From Catajapyx aquilonaris (taxonomy: Eukaryota), in the NCBI GenBank assembly GCA_000934665.2, contig KZ538177.1:62001-108368 (forward strand): DNA of 46,368 nucleotides. Direction: 5' to 3'. Shown here piece by piece: positions 1 through 13,200 of this stretch. Below the pieces are notes generated by a model. The model saw only the letters and a list, made by a program, of their open reading frames with translations, made no database searches and had not been told where the DNA came from. The position numbers were made by a program, and so were the translations under genes. Every line of letters begins with the position of its first letter. Within the stretch, counting starts at the first letter, position 1.

Positions 1-1842
1 TGGTCAGAAAAAGCCATAACGAACATCGGCATTCGACTTTAGCAGTTGTTTCAACAGTTTTAAGTGTTAATGATGTACTTAAGTGCGCTCCATTAGAGAG
101 GATAGTGGGTGACGCGGAACCCCCTCTCATCAGCAGGGTGCAGGGAGGCCCATCTGCATTGACGTCTTACTATCTGGTTTTGTTATGTGTAGTGGATTTT
201 TTTCCTACATGCCACGTACATGCCTTGTAAATTGGCTGTTTGACAGAGCAATATTGCCTCATATACAGTAGCCTCATCCTGGATATGCTTACCACGTCGA
301 AATATTTCCAGAAAGTTTTTTTAAAAAAAACGGAAATTTAGGGACCGTGTGACAGGTATGACTCCTTCAACTGACATTTAAAATACTTACCCATTCTTCC
401 TAATCTGACGATTCTCCGACCTTTCTGTGGGGCTTTTGTTCCCTATCCTATAGTATAGATACAGAGATATATGTTGGTAGTAGCGCTATCAAAATTTTTG
501 ATTTTGCTATCAATGTCTATGTTATCACACATACGGTATAAAAATAACTAATGGAATGGTACCATTCTGGAAGGGTCATTGTGTTTTACAATACATAATA
601 TGAAATAATTTTACACCAGGAATGCTTGTAACCTTCATGCATTACCTAAAACAGGTTCTTTCTTTTTTCCTTATAGGTCATGTCGCGTGGAAGCTGTTTA
701 GTACAATTGAAAGATAGTGTTCAATGATCGTTCATAGACAGCCTAGTATTGTTACTTCATGAATGGTGCGCTATTTGTATCTGAATCAGTCATTATAGAG
801 GTTAGAGTGTATACCAGCCGTCATATCCTCCACATGCGCTGTATTTGAGACACTTTCAACAACTAACTACGTATATAAGTTTATGATCTGCGAAGAGTGA
901 GCCAAATCTAGCTGCTTCATTGTGAAGTAAATAGCCTTGCGTTGCTCCCATCACTATCAGAAAAGGTCTAGTCATTGGTACACATCATGTGTTGTGCAAG
1001 CTGCTTGATGTGCTCGTATATGGCCTTACAATATAGCCTCCTTCGACTGGCAGTTCTACAGGCACAGCAATAGGGCTTAAGGTTTGGCTTGTCTCTCCTA
1101 TTCTCCCTTCTTATTATGGTGTTACCAGCTGTAGTAATATTATTTCAATAAGACATTCTTCAAGTCTGCTCCTCTCCATATAGGTGCACTATCCTTGCAT
1201 GGTGGTCAAAGCTTCTTCCAGGTCTGCAAACGTCAGGGACTGTGGCCGATGATGTGGTTCTTGATTAAGTAGCCTATGGCTGAAGGTTCCTAGTAGGACC
1301 AGTAGTTAGAGTGGTGTGGTCAAGGAACCATTGGGTCCCTCTGTGTGCTCTAGTCCGGTCTTCATGGCGGGAATGTACCAGGTGTGAGGACTGGCCAGTC
1401 TGTGTCAGGCTCCTCTTCTTCCGGGTAGGCTCCGGGTGTAAGGTCTTGTTGTGTTTCACCGAATGTGGAGTCGGCGAAAAAGGAAGGTAGTATGGCGATA
1501 ATATGTTGCCAACATCGTCCGCCAGATCACACTTACCTGAGACACCACTCGTCCCATTTTTTAAAGGAGTTTCCTACTCAACTCCGGTGGACAATACGGT
1601 TTGTGTACAAGTTGATTGCTTTACAATTTATCACATATTTTTTGAAGAAGAATATTGCTCTATGGGCATGGTACAGTACATATTTATGCTACATATAGTA
1701 CAATTCTGTCACAAGTTGTGTGACGTTATATGTATGTCCATTGGTGGTCGATCCTGTGATCTGACTGGATCTGACAGGGCAGGATGCTCACTTTCCCCGT
1801 AGAATTCCTGGTGGTGCAGCTGAATTTATTTGTTTAACTCTC

Positions 1843-2320
1843 GCAAGATATTGCAGTGGTACAATACAATGATTCTTACCAGGGAATTTTGTGGCACGTG
1901 GCCAGGATTGATTAGGTCTTTATTGGTCTTCCTTTGATACCTTTAGTATGAGGAGTTTGATCGTCTCCCAGTTAATCCATGTCATTTTTTTCCCATTCCT
2001 TTGAGGATTTGAATAGCTATGTTGGAATCTCATACGCTGGTTGATGTTTTCACGTAAGAAAAGAAAATGGAGTGGTCTAGTGTTCTATAGTTTCTGCTCG
2101 TAAGATATTTTAATGATGCAATGATGCAATATTACATTATGATTGTTACAAGGGAATTTTGTAGGACGTAGCCAAGCTTGATACTTGATGACCTCTTTTG
2201 ATGCCGTCAGTATAAGGTATTCGATTGTCCCCCAGTCAATCGGTATGTCAATAATTGCTTTCCTCTTCCTTCTAGTATTTGAATAGGTTTGTTGGAATGT
2301 CACTTGAAGAAAATCCATTT
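1843..2320 (-). repeat. Diverged tandem paralogous gene fragments (~1843-2060 and ~2100-2320)
   Basis: Minus-strand translations align: INWETIKLLILKVSKE..RATKFP vs IDWGTIEYLILTASKE..RPTKFP, with synonymous changes acg/aca, ctc/ctt and cta/ctg. Confidence 0.7.
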
Positions 2321-3229
2321 AAAAGATATCCGATAGTATGAATGTAACTTACTATTGTATGAGTAGGCGGACGGCTTTACATGGGTTCGGACAAAAATTG
2401 CTAATTCATATGTGATTGCTAACATTGCATATTTTAAGAGTTAATCAGGTAAAGATTAGCAAGTTGGCATAAATTACACAAAAGAGGATGTTTCAGTGTT
2501 TGTTAGGGGAATCTACAGGCAGCGTGATTAAAGATCTTACTGTTGGCTGGAGGAGAGAGCCCAAAGGAACGTTCAAAGTATAGCTGCAATTATGCAATGT
2601 TTTATCAATGGGAAGTGGATCGAAACAACATCCTAATTAAAAGCACATGATTATGTCCCATTTTCTCTGGAAAAATCCTTTTCCGCATATATCTTTTCGC
2701 ACGTAGGGCTGGAAGAAACGAGTTGATTTCCTATAGTCATTAAGTGTACTTTGATTCCCATCATCGCAAAGTGTAAATTCGGATTAGCCTGGATATTGAG
2801 AAATTGCTGGTGACTTGTGGATAAAATCATATGTAATGGTGCAACATTTCATATTTGAAACTCGTTGAGAGGATAATGTTATTCTCATGTATGGTAATTC
2901 ATGGATGCAAATTAAAGCTCATGAATGGCTCAGGAGGAGGTGAGATACATTTCCTATTGCAGCTATCGTTATACTTAAAGGTGCCTTTCTGAGTGTCTGC
3001 CTTCTGTGGGGTAAAGTATAGGTGAGGCATCTTGATAGTCCGCTTCAAGAGTACTGTAGTACTTCCAGTCTGTGTTGCCTGATGTGCTCACAATCATCCA
3101 TATTACTACACTCTGCCTTTGTCCTGTTTTACTATTATTTTTCTCTTAACTTTAATTCTATACTGAACAAATATGTCATAGTAAGCTTCCCAAGCTTTTT
3201 TTTCCTTGTGCGTTTCTTTCCATTAAACT

Positions 3230-3345
3230 GGTGAAACTTATTTAAGCTATGCAATTTACAAATTTGGTCCTGGTGTTCATTCATTTGTGATGGTTATTGT
3301 AAGAAAGATGGGTTTGTGGGTGAGAGACAAAGGTTATTTCTAAGT
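3230..3345. repeat. Diverged direct repeat, partner at ~9001-9102
   Basis: gtgaaa(c/g)ttatttaagctatgcaat..aaatttggtcct..gtg.tcatt shared by both copies. Confidence 0.75.
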
Positions 3346-3615
3346 TCTTCCAGTATGGGGCATTCGTATTTACGTATCCAGTTCATCCATCGTCCGTTGC
3401 TGCCCTACAGACTGAGGAATGGTGTTATTGCTGAGGTTGTATTATTCAAGAGTTCAATAATATATTTTTGACAGCTACATCTGGAGAGTCGTAAAGCCCA
3501 ACGATTTTGAACCATTTTTTCTACACTAATTTTACTTAATTATGAACTGTCAGATATTATTTTGAGAAATATTTTGATGTGTGAGTGTAGTTGAACAAGT
3601 TGGTGAAGGACTTCA

Positions 3616-3723
3616 TACTATTGTCGTCGCGGACAGTCTCTTATGGATATGTGACAATCCGCACTGATATACAAAGATAAATATAATTATTTGCAGTGAT
3701 TCAGGTTGCCACACTGAGGGAGA
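3616..3723. repeat. Diverged direct repeat, partner at ~5387-5491
   Basis: atactattgtcgtcgcggacagt..tatggatatgtgacaatccgcactgat...gttgccacactgagggaga in both copies. Confidence 0.85.
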
Positions 3724-4020
3724 TGTGTGGCTTAATCAACTTGTCTGTATTGACATGGAATGACCCAACTACTATTTTTCATAAATGCTTTGAAAATATT
3801 TGTGCTAGAGTAGGTTCGAGCCTATCAGTGTGAGTGACAAAGTTCTCCCAAAAAGTAGCTATGACAAATGGCAGTGACGGCGCGGCGGGAGATAACCTCC
3901 AGGATGACGGGCAGAAACTGAACGTGCTGTGACTGGTTGTCAGGCAACATGTTCACAGCGCCTGATGCAATCTTCTACGGTCCAGTGCGGTACTTTCTAT
4001 GGTGTCAAAAAGAGAGGGGC

Positions 4021-4022
<2 letters not shown>

Positions 4023-4052
<30 letters not shown>
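4023..4052. repeat. (GA)n microsatellite
   Basis: Direct reading. Confidence 0.95.
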
Positions 4053-4054
<2 letters not shown>

Positions 4055-4313
4055 TTTTATCCGACCGGTGCGGTGTAGAGGACCGTCGCGCGTCGACGTG
4101 TCTGTTTGTTAGGAACGAAAATTAGCTGGATTGTTCATGTCTGGTTGCCAGGTCAGGCTCCTCCATGGGAGCGTTTACAGGAACAAAAGCGTGACAATGG
4201 AATATATTGTTGCATTAGGCCAATTACGGCATAAGATGACGTCACAGGCTCTGAGAGACGTCACCGCCGTGTTATGATACCAATAATATCTGCAGAAGCA
4301 GTGGTCAATAATA

Positions 4314-4398
4314 TACCGTACCATGACAAACACATAATGTGGGACCAATCCCCTCTCCCAAACATGGTTGGTAGCCATTTCTGCCTCCAGGGCCTCGT
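4314..4398. repeat. Diverged direct repeat, partner at ~7320-7409 (also ~4887-4905 vs ~7424-7443)
   Basis: taccgtaccatgacaaacacat..aatgtgggacca.tcccctctcccaaacatggttggtagccatttctgcctc shared. Confidence 0.85.
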
Positions 4399-5044
4399 TT
4401 CATACTGGTTGGAAATGTACCTCCTAATTTGGAGCTTTATTGCTTAATTGACATCTCTATGGTGGCGAATGGCATCCCGTATCATGGGTTGCCGGTGTGA
4501 AATTGTATACGGTAAAGCGCTCGTCCTACTGGAATATATTGCTCCCTTTGAATGTAACTTGTTCCTTCTGCGTAAAGCAACAATAACAACAATCTGTTTA
4601 CGTCAGTCTGATATTTGCGTCTTCCGTTCTTCATGGTTAATGCTAGGCCTACTGTCTGCTGGTATCGGGACATGTCCGAGCATCCGATGCGTCCGAGAGA
4701 TTACCGCCGACGACCTTATATTATATAACCGGTAGGTCATTCACATATCACTTGTTAATTGCCAGACCACCACATATTATATAGACCACCACATTTTTAA
4801 ACCTCCCCCTCCCCCCTGGTATCGGGACATCACATCTTGTGCGTAGCCCCTGATTTGAGGAAGGGACCCCTTGTGCAACCTTACAAGGGCTGAGAGTTGC
4901 AATAATGTCATCAGCTGTTGAGCGCTGGCTGTCGTTCAATTGATCTATGGTAGTATTGTCCTCGTCTTTGTCTTCTGGAACATGGTCAACAAAGTTGAAC
5001 GTAGTCGGCCAGCTGAGCTAGACCTAACGTAGCGCAAGTGAGAC

Positions 5045-5386
5045 TGTGAAAGGATGGACACAAAGACACGTGGGTCTGGTGCAAATAGCTGTGTTTATTC
5101 TGTACGTTATGTCACACGGTACGCAGGATAACAAGGTAGGGAGTGGTGAGGGAAAGAGGTAGGGAGACTAGCTCGGAGAAGACTAGCCACGACCAAACGT
5201 CAGGATATTCTCCTAAGATCTGGCCCCGCTTCAAAGGCAGTCACGGTTTATATAGGAGAGGTCGCAATGCATGATGTATGTAGGACCCATGGTTGGGCAC
5301 GTGACTTGGGTGAAGCGAGTTAGGTGGGTGAAGGCGTAAGGCAGGATGGTGCAATGGTGAAATGGGTCCGATATAATGCTGTCACA
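5045..5386 (-). mobile_element. Solo LTR (342 bp)
   Basis: TGTGA...TCACA inverted termini. On the minus strand TATATAAA (5247-5254) lies upstream of AATAAA (5094-5099). Flanks agac/atac form a 4-bp TSD with one mismatch. Confidence 0.7.
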
Positions 5387-6664
5387 ATACTATTGTCGTC
5401 GCGGACAGTGTCGTATGGATATGTGACAATCCGCACTGATCGACAAAGATAAATAATATTTGAGGTGATTCGTTGCCACACTGAGGGAGATTGAAAGAAG
5501 ACCACCTATGACCACTTAGAAGAGCTACGACCACCACTTTGACCGTTGGACGACGCCATCTCCTGACAATATTTGGTTGATGGTCTTCAGCCAACTGACC
5601 ATATGTAATGCACCCAGCGCCAGAGATATAGTATTAAGCTGCCACCACAAGATTTATAATAGTTATTGCATTTAGCTGAAATAATTCCGCCACTAGATAT
5701 GTGGCCCACAGTGGAACATAACTAGTGGTGGAAATGTCATGCTCTACAAAGAAAACTATTTTTTTTTAAAAAAAAAACATCATGATTGTTATATTTTTGC
5801 GGTAATGTGCAGTTCCATGTGGCGAGATTTAACGCCTGATGATCAAAGAGCTAACCAGTCGTCGCCAGAAGTCCATTTGTTCTGCATGACGCTAATCAGC
5901 TTGTAACAAATAAGTAGTTATTTAAAAAGGCATGCTAATTAGGTCAGTCACAGTCGTCACTACTTTACTACTTCACTACTAGGAAGTTCCCGTGCGATAT
6001 TATATTGATGTATTGTCTTACTTGTTTGTAATCTGCGCCTGAAATTAATAAAATTTGCCAATTCGTCTACCAATATTGTACTGGCTACACGACAGTATTA
6101 ACTGTACACAGAACTGAAATAGGTATTTTCTGTTTTGTGACATGTTTCGCTCATGATGGGTACTACTGTATATCATGGGGCAAACATTAGCGCAAATCCT
6201 TTGTATTGCCATGTGGCCTACAACACTTGCTTCTATGGGCATCATTATCAATATTGGTTAATGGAGATTAACTCCAAAGTTTTTGCTAACATTTTCTAAA
6301 CGGATTTTCTTCATTGTTATATGTCAAGTCACAACAATTGCCAACACTGTAATAGATACGTACGTTTAGCTAAAGATTATGTGACACCTTGTAGGTAGAC
6401 CTGTAGTGACATTTAACGAACATGATTGGCGGAAACCAGGTGCTCAGTATCGTTCCACAGGATGTTCTCATGAGGTATGATTATTGAGTGAGCAATATAT
6501 TTTTGAAGTGATAATATAAGCGAAGGCGCGTCATTAGCTTCAAATGGTTGGCTCCTGCCCTGTTAGGAAATCAATCGTGTTCAGTATCGGCTTATCCTGT
6601 TGAGGAAGACATATTGTAATAAATTACACACTTTCTGTTGAAAATCAGCATAATATAGAAGAGC

Positions 6665-6962
6665 AGGTAGACAGGATGTGCTGTGTCGGCCATCTATATT
6701 TTCGCAAATTCCTCACTACATAACCAGATAGCCATAGTTGCTCTGGGTCCTGCATATTATACATTATACAATCAAAGAAACAATTTGTAGTCATCCAGTT
6801 TTTGGTGAAGCATAGTGTGCCAAGAGACATATATTTCTCAACAGAAATAATCATATTCTCATGGACGAAGACTGTGTAAGGTGTTGCACAGTGTTTTCAA
6901 CTTCCACTGGAGTCACATTTTCCAATACAAGTGTGTGCATTAATTTTTGTGCTTAAATTGGG
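6665..6962 (-). repeat. Diverged paralogous gene fragment, partner at ~11860-12160
   Basis: VHENMIISVEKY..QDPEQLWLSGYVVR..WPTQHILST vs IHESMIISAEKY..QDPKQLWLSGCVVR..*PTEHILST, with several synonymous changes in the minus frame. Confidence 0.75.
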
Positions 6963-9679
6963 CATTGCAGCTTTTATGGCTGTTTAGGTTCTCTAAATCT
7001 GAGGTGGTGAAGGGTTTCGCTCAAAATTGCATGCGTCTCTGTGCGGATTTGAATGAGTGTCTTCAAGGATGATAGACTTGGAGTGAAGTGAAGTGGAGTG
7101 TTCAATGACCGACAAACGACAACCCCAAATTTAGAATTTATTAAAATGCTCCTCTGTTTCGTCCTCCTTCGTCTTCGTCTGCCTCGTTTGCCTCGTTTGC
7201 CTCGTCCTCCTTTGTCCTGTTGCTGTGGATCTGGGGACTCATATAGGACATGATGGCAGCTAAAATAGCACTGCAAAAATAGTACACGTCAGCACTTTCG
7301 TACAACAAATTGGTTGTCAATACCGTACCATGACAAACACATATTAAATGTGGGACCAGTCCCCTCTCCCAAACATGGTTGGTAGCCATTTCTGCCTCTA
7401 TGGCCTTGTCGAACGCATAGTATGGGCTGAGAGTTGCAATAATACTTTTCCTCCCCAATGTGCACGTATCTCTTTGCATCCCGCTGTATTGATGCTAGTT
7501 TGTTTCTCACAATATCGAGATTGTATTTTCATGTTTCATTAGTGTCTTTATACAAGTTCAGCCATTACCTCCCCTACCTGGCTGCAGGGGGAGTATATAG
7601 TTAGCTCCAATAGGGGTGATAATATTATAGTAGAAATCAGAACACGATTAAGCTCAGAAATAATAGCCGAGGTGTAAATTGCAACAGGTTTTGGCAGGGC
7701 ACGGTAGGATGGAAACATAAGTAAGACTAGCCCTAATCTACGCGCCTCAGGCTGTGGTAGTGGACCTTCTGAAATAATCTGGTAACTTTTTAAGAACGTC
7801 TCTTTTTGCAATTTTTTTAATGGCACATATTATAAATTCTACGCTGTCGAAAACCTGTATTTTAATACTGTAGAGGACCCCTGGTGATGATGGGGGAAAG
7901 AAGATGCTACGTCGGGGTGGGCACAATGACATCACTCATCCAGATTTTGTCCAAATCTGACATGAAGTCAGAATCTGGTGTGATGATATCTGCGGAGGTG
8001 TGTTACGTCTTCTTTTTGCCTTCTTGACCCTCTGAAGAGACCTTTCTGGGGGGTGACTCGTTTTGGAGGGGGTCCGTCCTTGGCTGGGTCCTTGGTTGTG
8101 TTCTGACCATTGTCAGTGGTAGTAGACTCACAGTAATGGCCGTTGTTAGCAATGTTAGGTGAGGTGTGATATTTAATTTATGTCACAGATTTCACTTCTG
8201 TAATGTATGAAGTCACTGACCATTTGTGGCGATTAGCTACCAGTAAGCTGCAATAATATAAATGTGTTTACGCAGCCTTTTTTTGGCGTTTATCGTCCTC
8301 TAGTTCCAATCCACCAGTCGCAAAGATGGAAGATTGACATTTCATGGGACTTCGTTGCTCCCATCACCACTAGAAAAAGTTCATTATTAACAATGGGCCG
8401 GTATTTCTTCTGGCGAGGAATAAGGATGGTATAAGTATAGAGTGAAGTGACAGTGTACAGAAGAGAGCGAATACGTCCTCATTGTTCAGCCTCGAATCCA
8501 TCAGGACATCAGCTACTCCAGTAATGTAATAATGAAAGTTACAACAAATCACAAACATTTAGTCCTACGCCTTATGAAGAAGTCTTACATAGTGTGCCAA
8601 GTAAAACTTATCGGAATATTGTTATCTGAAATTTTTTTTAAAAAATATCACAAAAGGTACAGAGATATCTCACTCTCGTATGCACCGATTTTATGTGCTG
8701 CATTAAGGAGCCCTTTCTGGGAAACTGCGCTCCATTCTTGGCGCTTCCGTCGATAGTGAACAGCTTTGATATGCCTTTTCAAACTAATGCTCTCCATTAA
8801 TCCACTAATGCACCTCCATTAATCAAAGAAAATTTGATGAAGGCCAGTGCTTAATTTGAAGCTTTGAGCAGGTCGCATAATTATAGTGATTGTTCGATTA
8901 TTTTATACTGTACCACTTTTGTCAAGGTTGTTGCAATGTACAGTACCCTAATTCCATCACTTGTATCATTGTCAATATTGTTCTGCGCACTAATTAAACG
9001 GGTGAAAGTTATTTAAGCTATGCAATGAGTAAATTTGGTCCTCGTGCTCATTAATTTATGATGGGTTTGATGAGATTTGAGAGACTAAGATTATTTATAA
9101 GTACGAGGAATTCAAAGAAAATATAAAATTACAATTAACATTTACGGTCGCGTGGAAGGCTGGGATTTACAGTTTCACTCTTAACTGCCATTTTGGCGAT
9201 TAATGTAATTCACGTACAGTACACAATTATTGTATGAAAAGCCTAAAGCTATGTGTAGTTACAATATGAAAGCAGTCCCTGTGACACGTGTATGATGCTG
9301 AGCATGTTCAGTGTGTATAATTCTTATCATGCACTGGAGTAATAATAATGATTGATGATAATTTGTCGCACCATAATAATGAGCAACTGAAGATATTGAA
9401 ATCTGTATACTTCTTCTTTACGTCTTTACGAAGCCTAGAGTATGTTGCGGACGGCAAATTTTTGGTATGTGATAGTGTCCTCCTATGCCATGAATATATG
9501 GCATGTTTTGGATGATCGGCATACTTTCTCGTCTCGATCCAATGCGGTGTACTCTTTGAAATTCAAAGGTACGACGGCGGTGGTACTTAAAGCTTATTCA
9601 GAGTCGTCCGATGTTATGTCACCTGTCCCATCCACTTCGTGAAAACCACATTGTGGTGCCTACTCTTTGGATCTGAAAA

Positions 9680-9940
9680 GGTAGACTTCAGGACTGGTAC
9701 TACAGGATGTTCAAAAACCTTCAGAGAAATGTAGCGCTGTGCACAAATTATAGCCTGATTCACTTTGTCCTTGTATGATTTTTCGTCGGGTGTTATGGTT
9801 TTTGGCGGAGAAATTCTCTAATTGACAGCATATTTCTAATAGTTTTGACTACCCGAAGCTTCTCTTACAGGAGCATGCTTCTTACGGTCGCTCTTTGTGG
9901 ACACATCTCCTTACATCGTGATAGATGACCCTATACTTTG
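9680..9940. repeat. Diverged direct repeat, partner at ~12184-12430
   Basis: ggtagacttcaggactggt, ttcactttgtcctt, tatttctaatagttt, gaagcttctcttacaggag and ctccttacat.gtgatagatgac are shared in the same order. Confidence 0.8.
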
Positions 9941-9985
9941 TTTAAGATTGGTCAGTCTTACTATACCTTAATTATGGTGGATGTT

Positions 9986-10148
9986 CAGGATGGGTTCAGG
10001 GATGGGTTCAGGGATGGGTTCAGGATGGGTTCAGGGTGGGGTGGGGTGGCCTTGCCTGCCCTCCCCTACAACGTCACAGGTGCTTGGCGCAGTATAGCCA
10101 TTGCTGCTGTTGCGCCATTAAACCATTAATCAATCAATCAATCAATCA
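9986..10148 (+). mobile_element. 5'-truncated retroposon (SINE/LINE 3' end) with (AATC)n tail and ~12-bp tandem repeat head
   Basis: (gatgggttcagg)n at ~9984-10036, tail ttaaaccattaatcaatcaatcaatc, and 7-bp TSD ggatgtt at 9979-9985 and 10149-10155. Confidence 0.65.
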
Positions 10149-11558
10149 GGATGTTGTTATCGGCCACACAGATATCAAAGTAACAAATTAGATTTTACAG
10201 ATTAATATTGGAGCAACTGTAGCGGAATGATCTTAATGATGTGTTTGCAGGGGTTTTGTCTCATTCTGTAAATTTCATATTCTAAGGAGTAGGAAAGTCT
10301 ATAACATGCTCTCGCTTGGTGTGATGATGACATAGGCAGGCGCCATGGTCCCCTACTATCTCTGATAACTAGGTGCTAACTGTGTCAGAGTGACGGCGAC
10401 CAGTACTTACACTAGCACCCCTCACACACAGATAATTTAATAATGTACTGAACGTCTGAACCTCGGTCCGTGGTGTCGTGGTAACCTATTTATTCAAATT
10501 TGTCTTTTTCGATATCAACTAGATGGGGATATACCACGAGATCGACGTTACACGCCACTTCGTTGCCTCCTCTAGTATTGCCGGCGTGTCCAACCAGCGA
10601 CCAGACCATAAGGGATGTACTTTTAATGCAAGTTTTTCTATAAATTTATGCAAATTGTAATCTTTTTCAAAAAGCAAAGACAAGTACGGTAACTGTGATT
10701 CGATAATCTTACAGGGGTTTAACTTGGTATCAAGGTTGGATTATGAAGACCATTGTTTATACCTCGTCTCTAGAACCCTAGATGAAGGTTTGAAGGATGG
10801 GATCCGGTTATAATTTATTGGTCAACAGAGCGTTAGATGGTTTAAATAATTATTGCTGCAGTGATTCGTCGATATTTTCCACATCCAGAACCAACAGGTG
10901 TGTTCCAGATTAGAACCATAAAATGTACCCTTAGTAATAATTACCAAGGTGATTATGGTCATTACCTTCAATATGCTATATCTTACACAGCGCAAAATGT
11001 AAAGGTTATATCACTGGGGGAATTCAATAAATTAATAGTTATTTCAGTAAATGGTTTAGTACCGGTATACGCTTTGGAAGTGGTTGGTTCAACAATAAGT
11101 TGTGTAGCGAAAGATTTAAAAAAAAATCGGACACAAAAAATAATAGTCTTCAGTGTTTCTTAATTACCCGGGATGATCTCTCTGTCCTAGTTTAATAAAT
11201 TAAAGTGGAAGTCCGGCAGGGCTTCTGTCAAGAATCCAGATGAAGATATCTCAACTGCTCCACATGTGACTCCAATGTGAGGACCTTGTCCAGGGTTGCT
11301 GCAAGCGATGAAGATGATGAGGGTCCAATACGCAAAATGTATCCCAGCTTCCTGTCTTACTGTTATTAGTTTCACGACAAAGTATTCATTCCATCATCAC
11401 AAATATGACGTATCAGATACACAGTATGCGACTCGTTGTGTCAGATTTCGTCCAATAATCATATACTAATTACATATGTTGTTTCATAGCCTGTGCCCCC
11501 TTTAATATAAAGCAGCGCATAAGGAAGTACTGTCTCGTTGCACTAAAATATAAGGTAG

Positions 11559-11665
11559 GGTCTGTTTGTCGCCACACGACTTCCATGAGACATGCAAATT
11601 TATGTCATCTCATGATCTTCACTTAGCACCATCCCGAATGGTTTTGACCTTCATCGTGACTTGTC
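11559..11665. repeat. Diverged, internally deleted repeat; partner at ~13001-13050 plus ~13195-13240
   Basis: gtctgtt.gtcgccac..acttccatgagacatgcaaatt and tagcaccat...gaatggtttt shared. Confidence 0.7.
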
Positions 11666-13200
11666 ATCACTGGGGTTATAGGGCTACTGACACTCACTGT
11701 CTTTGCAATAGCCTTCATGTCATTGTGTCTTGTCAAGATCTGTGCGAAAGTACTGTCCCATGATTTTGCCCAAGATGCCAAATTCGGCTAACTCTTCTTG
11801 GTGCTTTCACACCTGACATAACAATAACTCTCAACCACGTTACGTAGCAATAATTAATAGGTTGACAGGATATGCTCTGTAGGTCATTGCAAATCATTTA
11901 TTTCTCACTACACACCCAGAGAGCCATAGTTGCTTTGGGTCCTGCAAAAACCATTATTTTGCAGTCGTCCGGTATTCGGTACAACATAGTGTGCTGTGTG
12001 TGAACACACAAATATTTCTCAGCAGAAATTATCATACTCTCATGGATGAAGAGAGAATACTTCGTATGATTCAGGTGTTGTACAGTACGTATTTTCAACT
12101 TTAGCTAAAGTCACATTTCACAGTACAAGTATGTGCAATTCCTGTGCTTACAATGGGTCATGAACTTCCTTTGACTCCGGTACGGTAGACTTCAGGACTG
12201 GTTCTAAATGTCCAAAAATCTTTAGCTGAATTGTTTCCTTCGCAAAAATTTCTGCCTGCTTCACTTTGTCCTTTTATGTCTTTTATTCAGGCTACACTGA
12301 TAATTGACACCATAACTATTTCTAATAGTTTGGACATTGACCTGAAGCTTCTCTTACAGGAGAATGGTTCTCAATGTCTCTCTTTGTGCACATCTCTCCT
12401 TACATTGTGATAGATGACGCTAGTTTTTGTGTTTTGTCAGTTGGCGGATGACAACACTGAATCTCCATCATTTTTGTCCTCCAGTTTGCTTTTTCTAGGA
12501 AGTCATCACATCTGTGATGGACCAAAGTTCAGGCCAGGAAAAAAAGATGATGCTTATTGTTAGTTACACCCTAGGAAACTCAGTCGTTATGAGGAGAGCC
12601 ATGCAATTATACGGGGCTAAACCATTAACCGGTGCGAAATGTTACTAGCCCTTAAAGGCATGATATTAATTATCATTAATGTACAGTCATGTTGTAGTGT
12701 CCACTGACCTCTTTATGGGAAACATGTTGAAGTAATGGTTTCAGCTCCTGTAATAATATTCAATGTCACACAGTATTACCACCTGCTAATCCTTCTGAAG
12801 GCGCTCATGTTAAAATCACTGTATTACTTTGTCCACTTGTAAAAATGATAGTTTTGTAATATGTGAGGGACATAACAATGGCTCTTCTACATGTCTTCTT
12901 CTTACATGGCTTCTTCATTATGAAAAAGAACGGTCCAATCCTGATAATGGACTGGAGTTCCTTCGTCCATAGCTCTGTCGTTCTCTTTACTTTAACACAG
13001 AGTCTGTTAGTCGCCACTTTACTTCCATGAGACATGCAAATTAAAGTCATCCTGTGAACTATCATACAGTAGATATCATCCAACTTGATTCCAGCCTGGT
13101 TCACTTCGTCCATATGTGCCTTCTCGCCTGGGTGGTATGGGGGATGTATACACACCCAACTTCGCTCATTGACAACACTCTTCACATTCAAAGTAGCACC

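Noticed and set aside
3630..5470. Herpes UL5/Pif1-like helicase motifs on minus (IFVDQCGL; TGP*KIAS)
   Set aside because: No Walker A found, and differences between the two paralogous copies do not favour this frame.
7160..7215. Protamine/p6.9-like GRGKRGKRGRRRRRR
   Set aside because: It arises from a 9-bp tandem repeat that reads as an acidic tract in another frame; the frame is unresolved.
10300..11350. Herpes-type primase zinc finger (GACLCHHH) and upstream motifs
   Set aside because: The second Cys pair and the catalytic DxD motif could not be identified.
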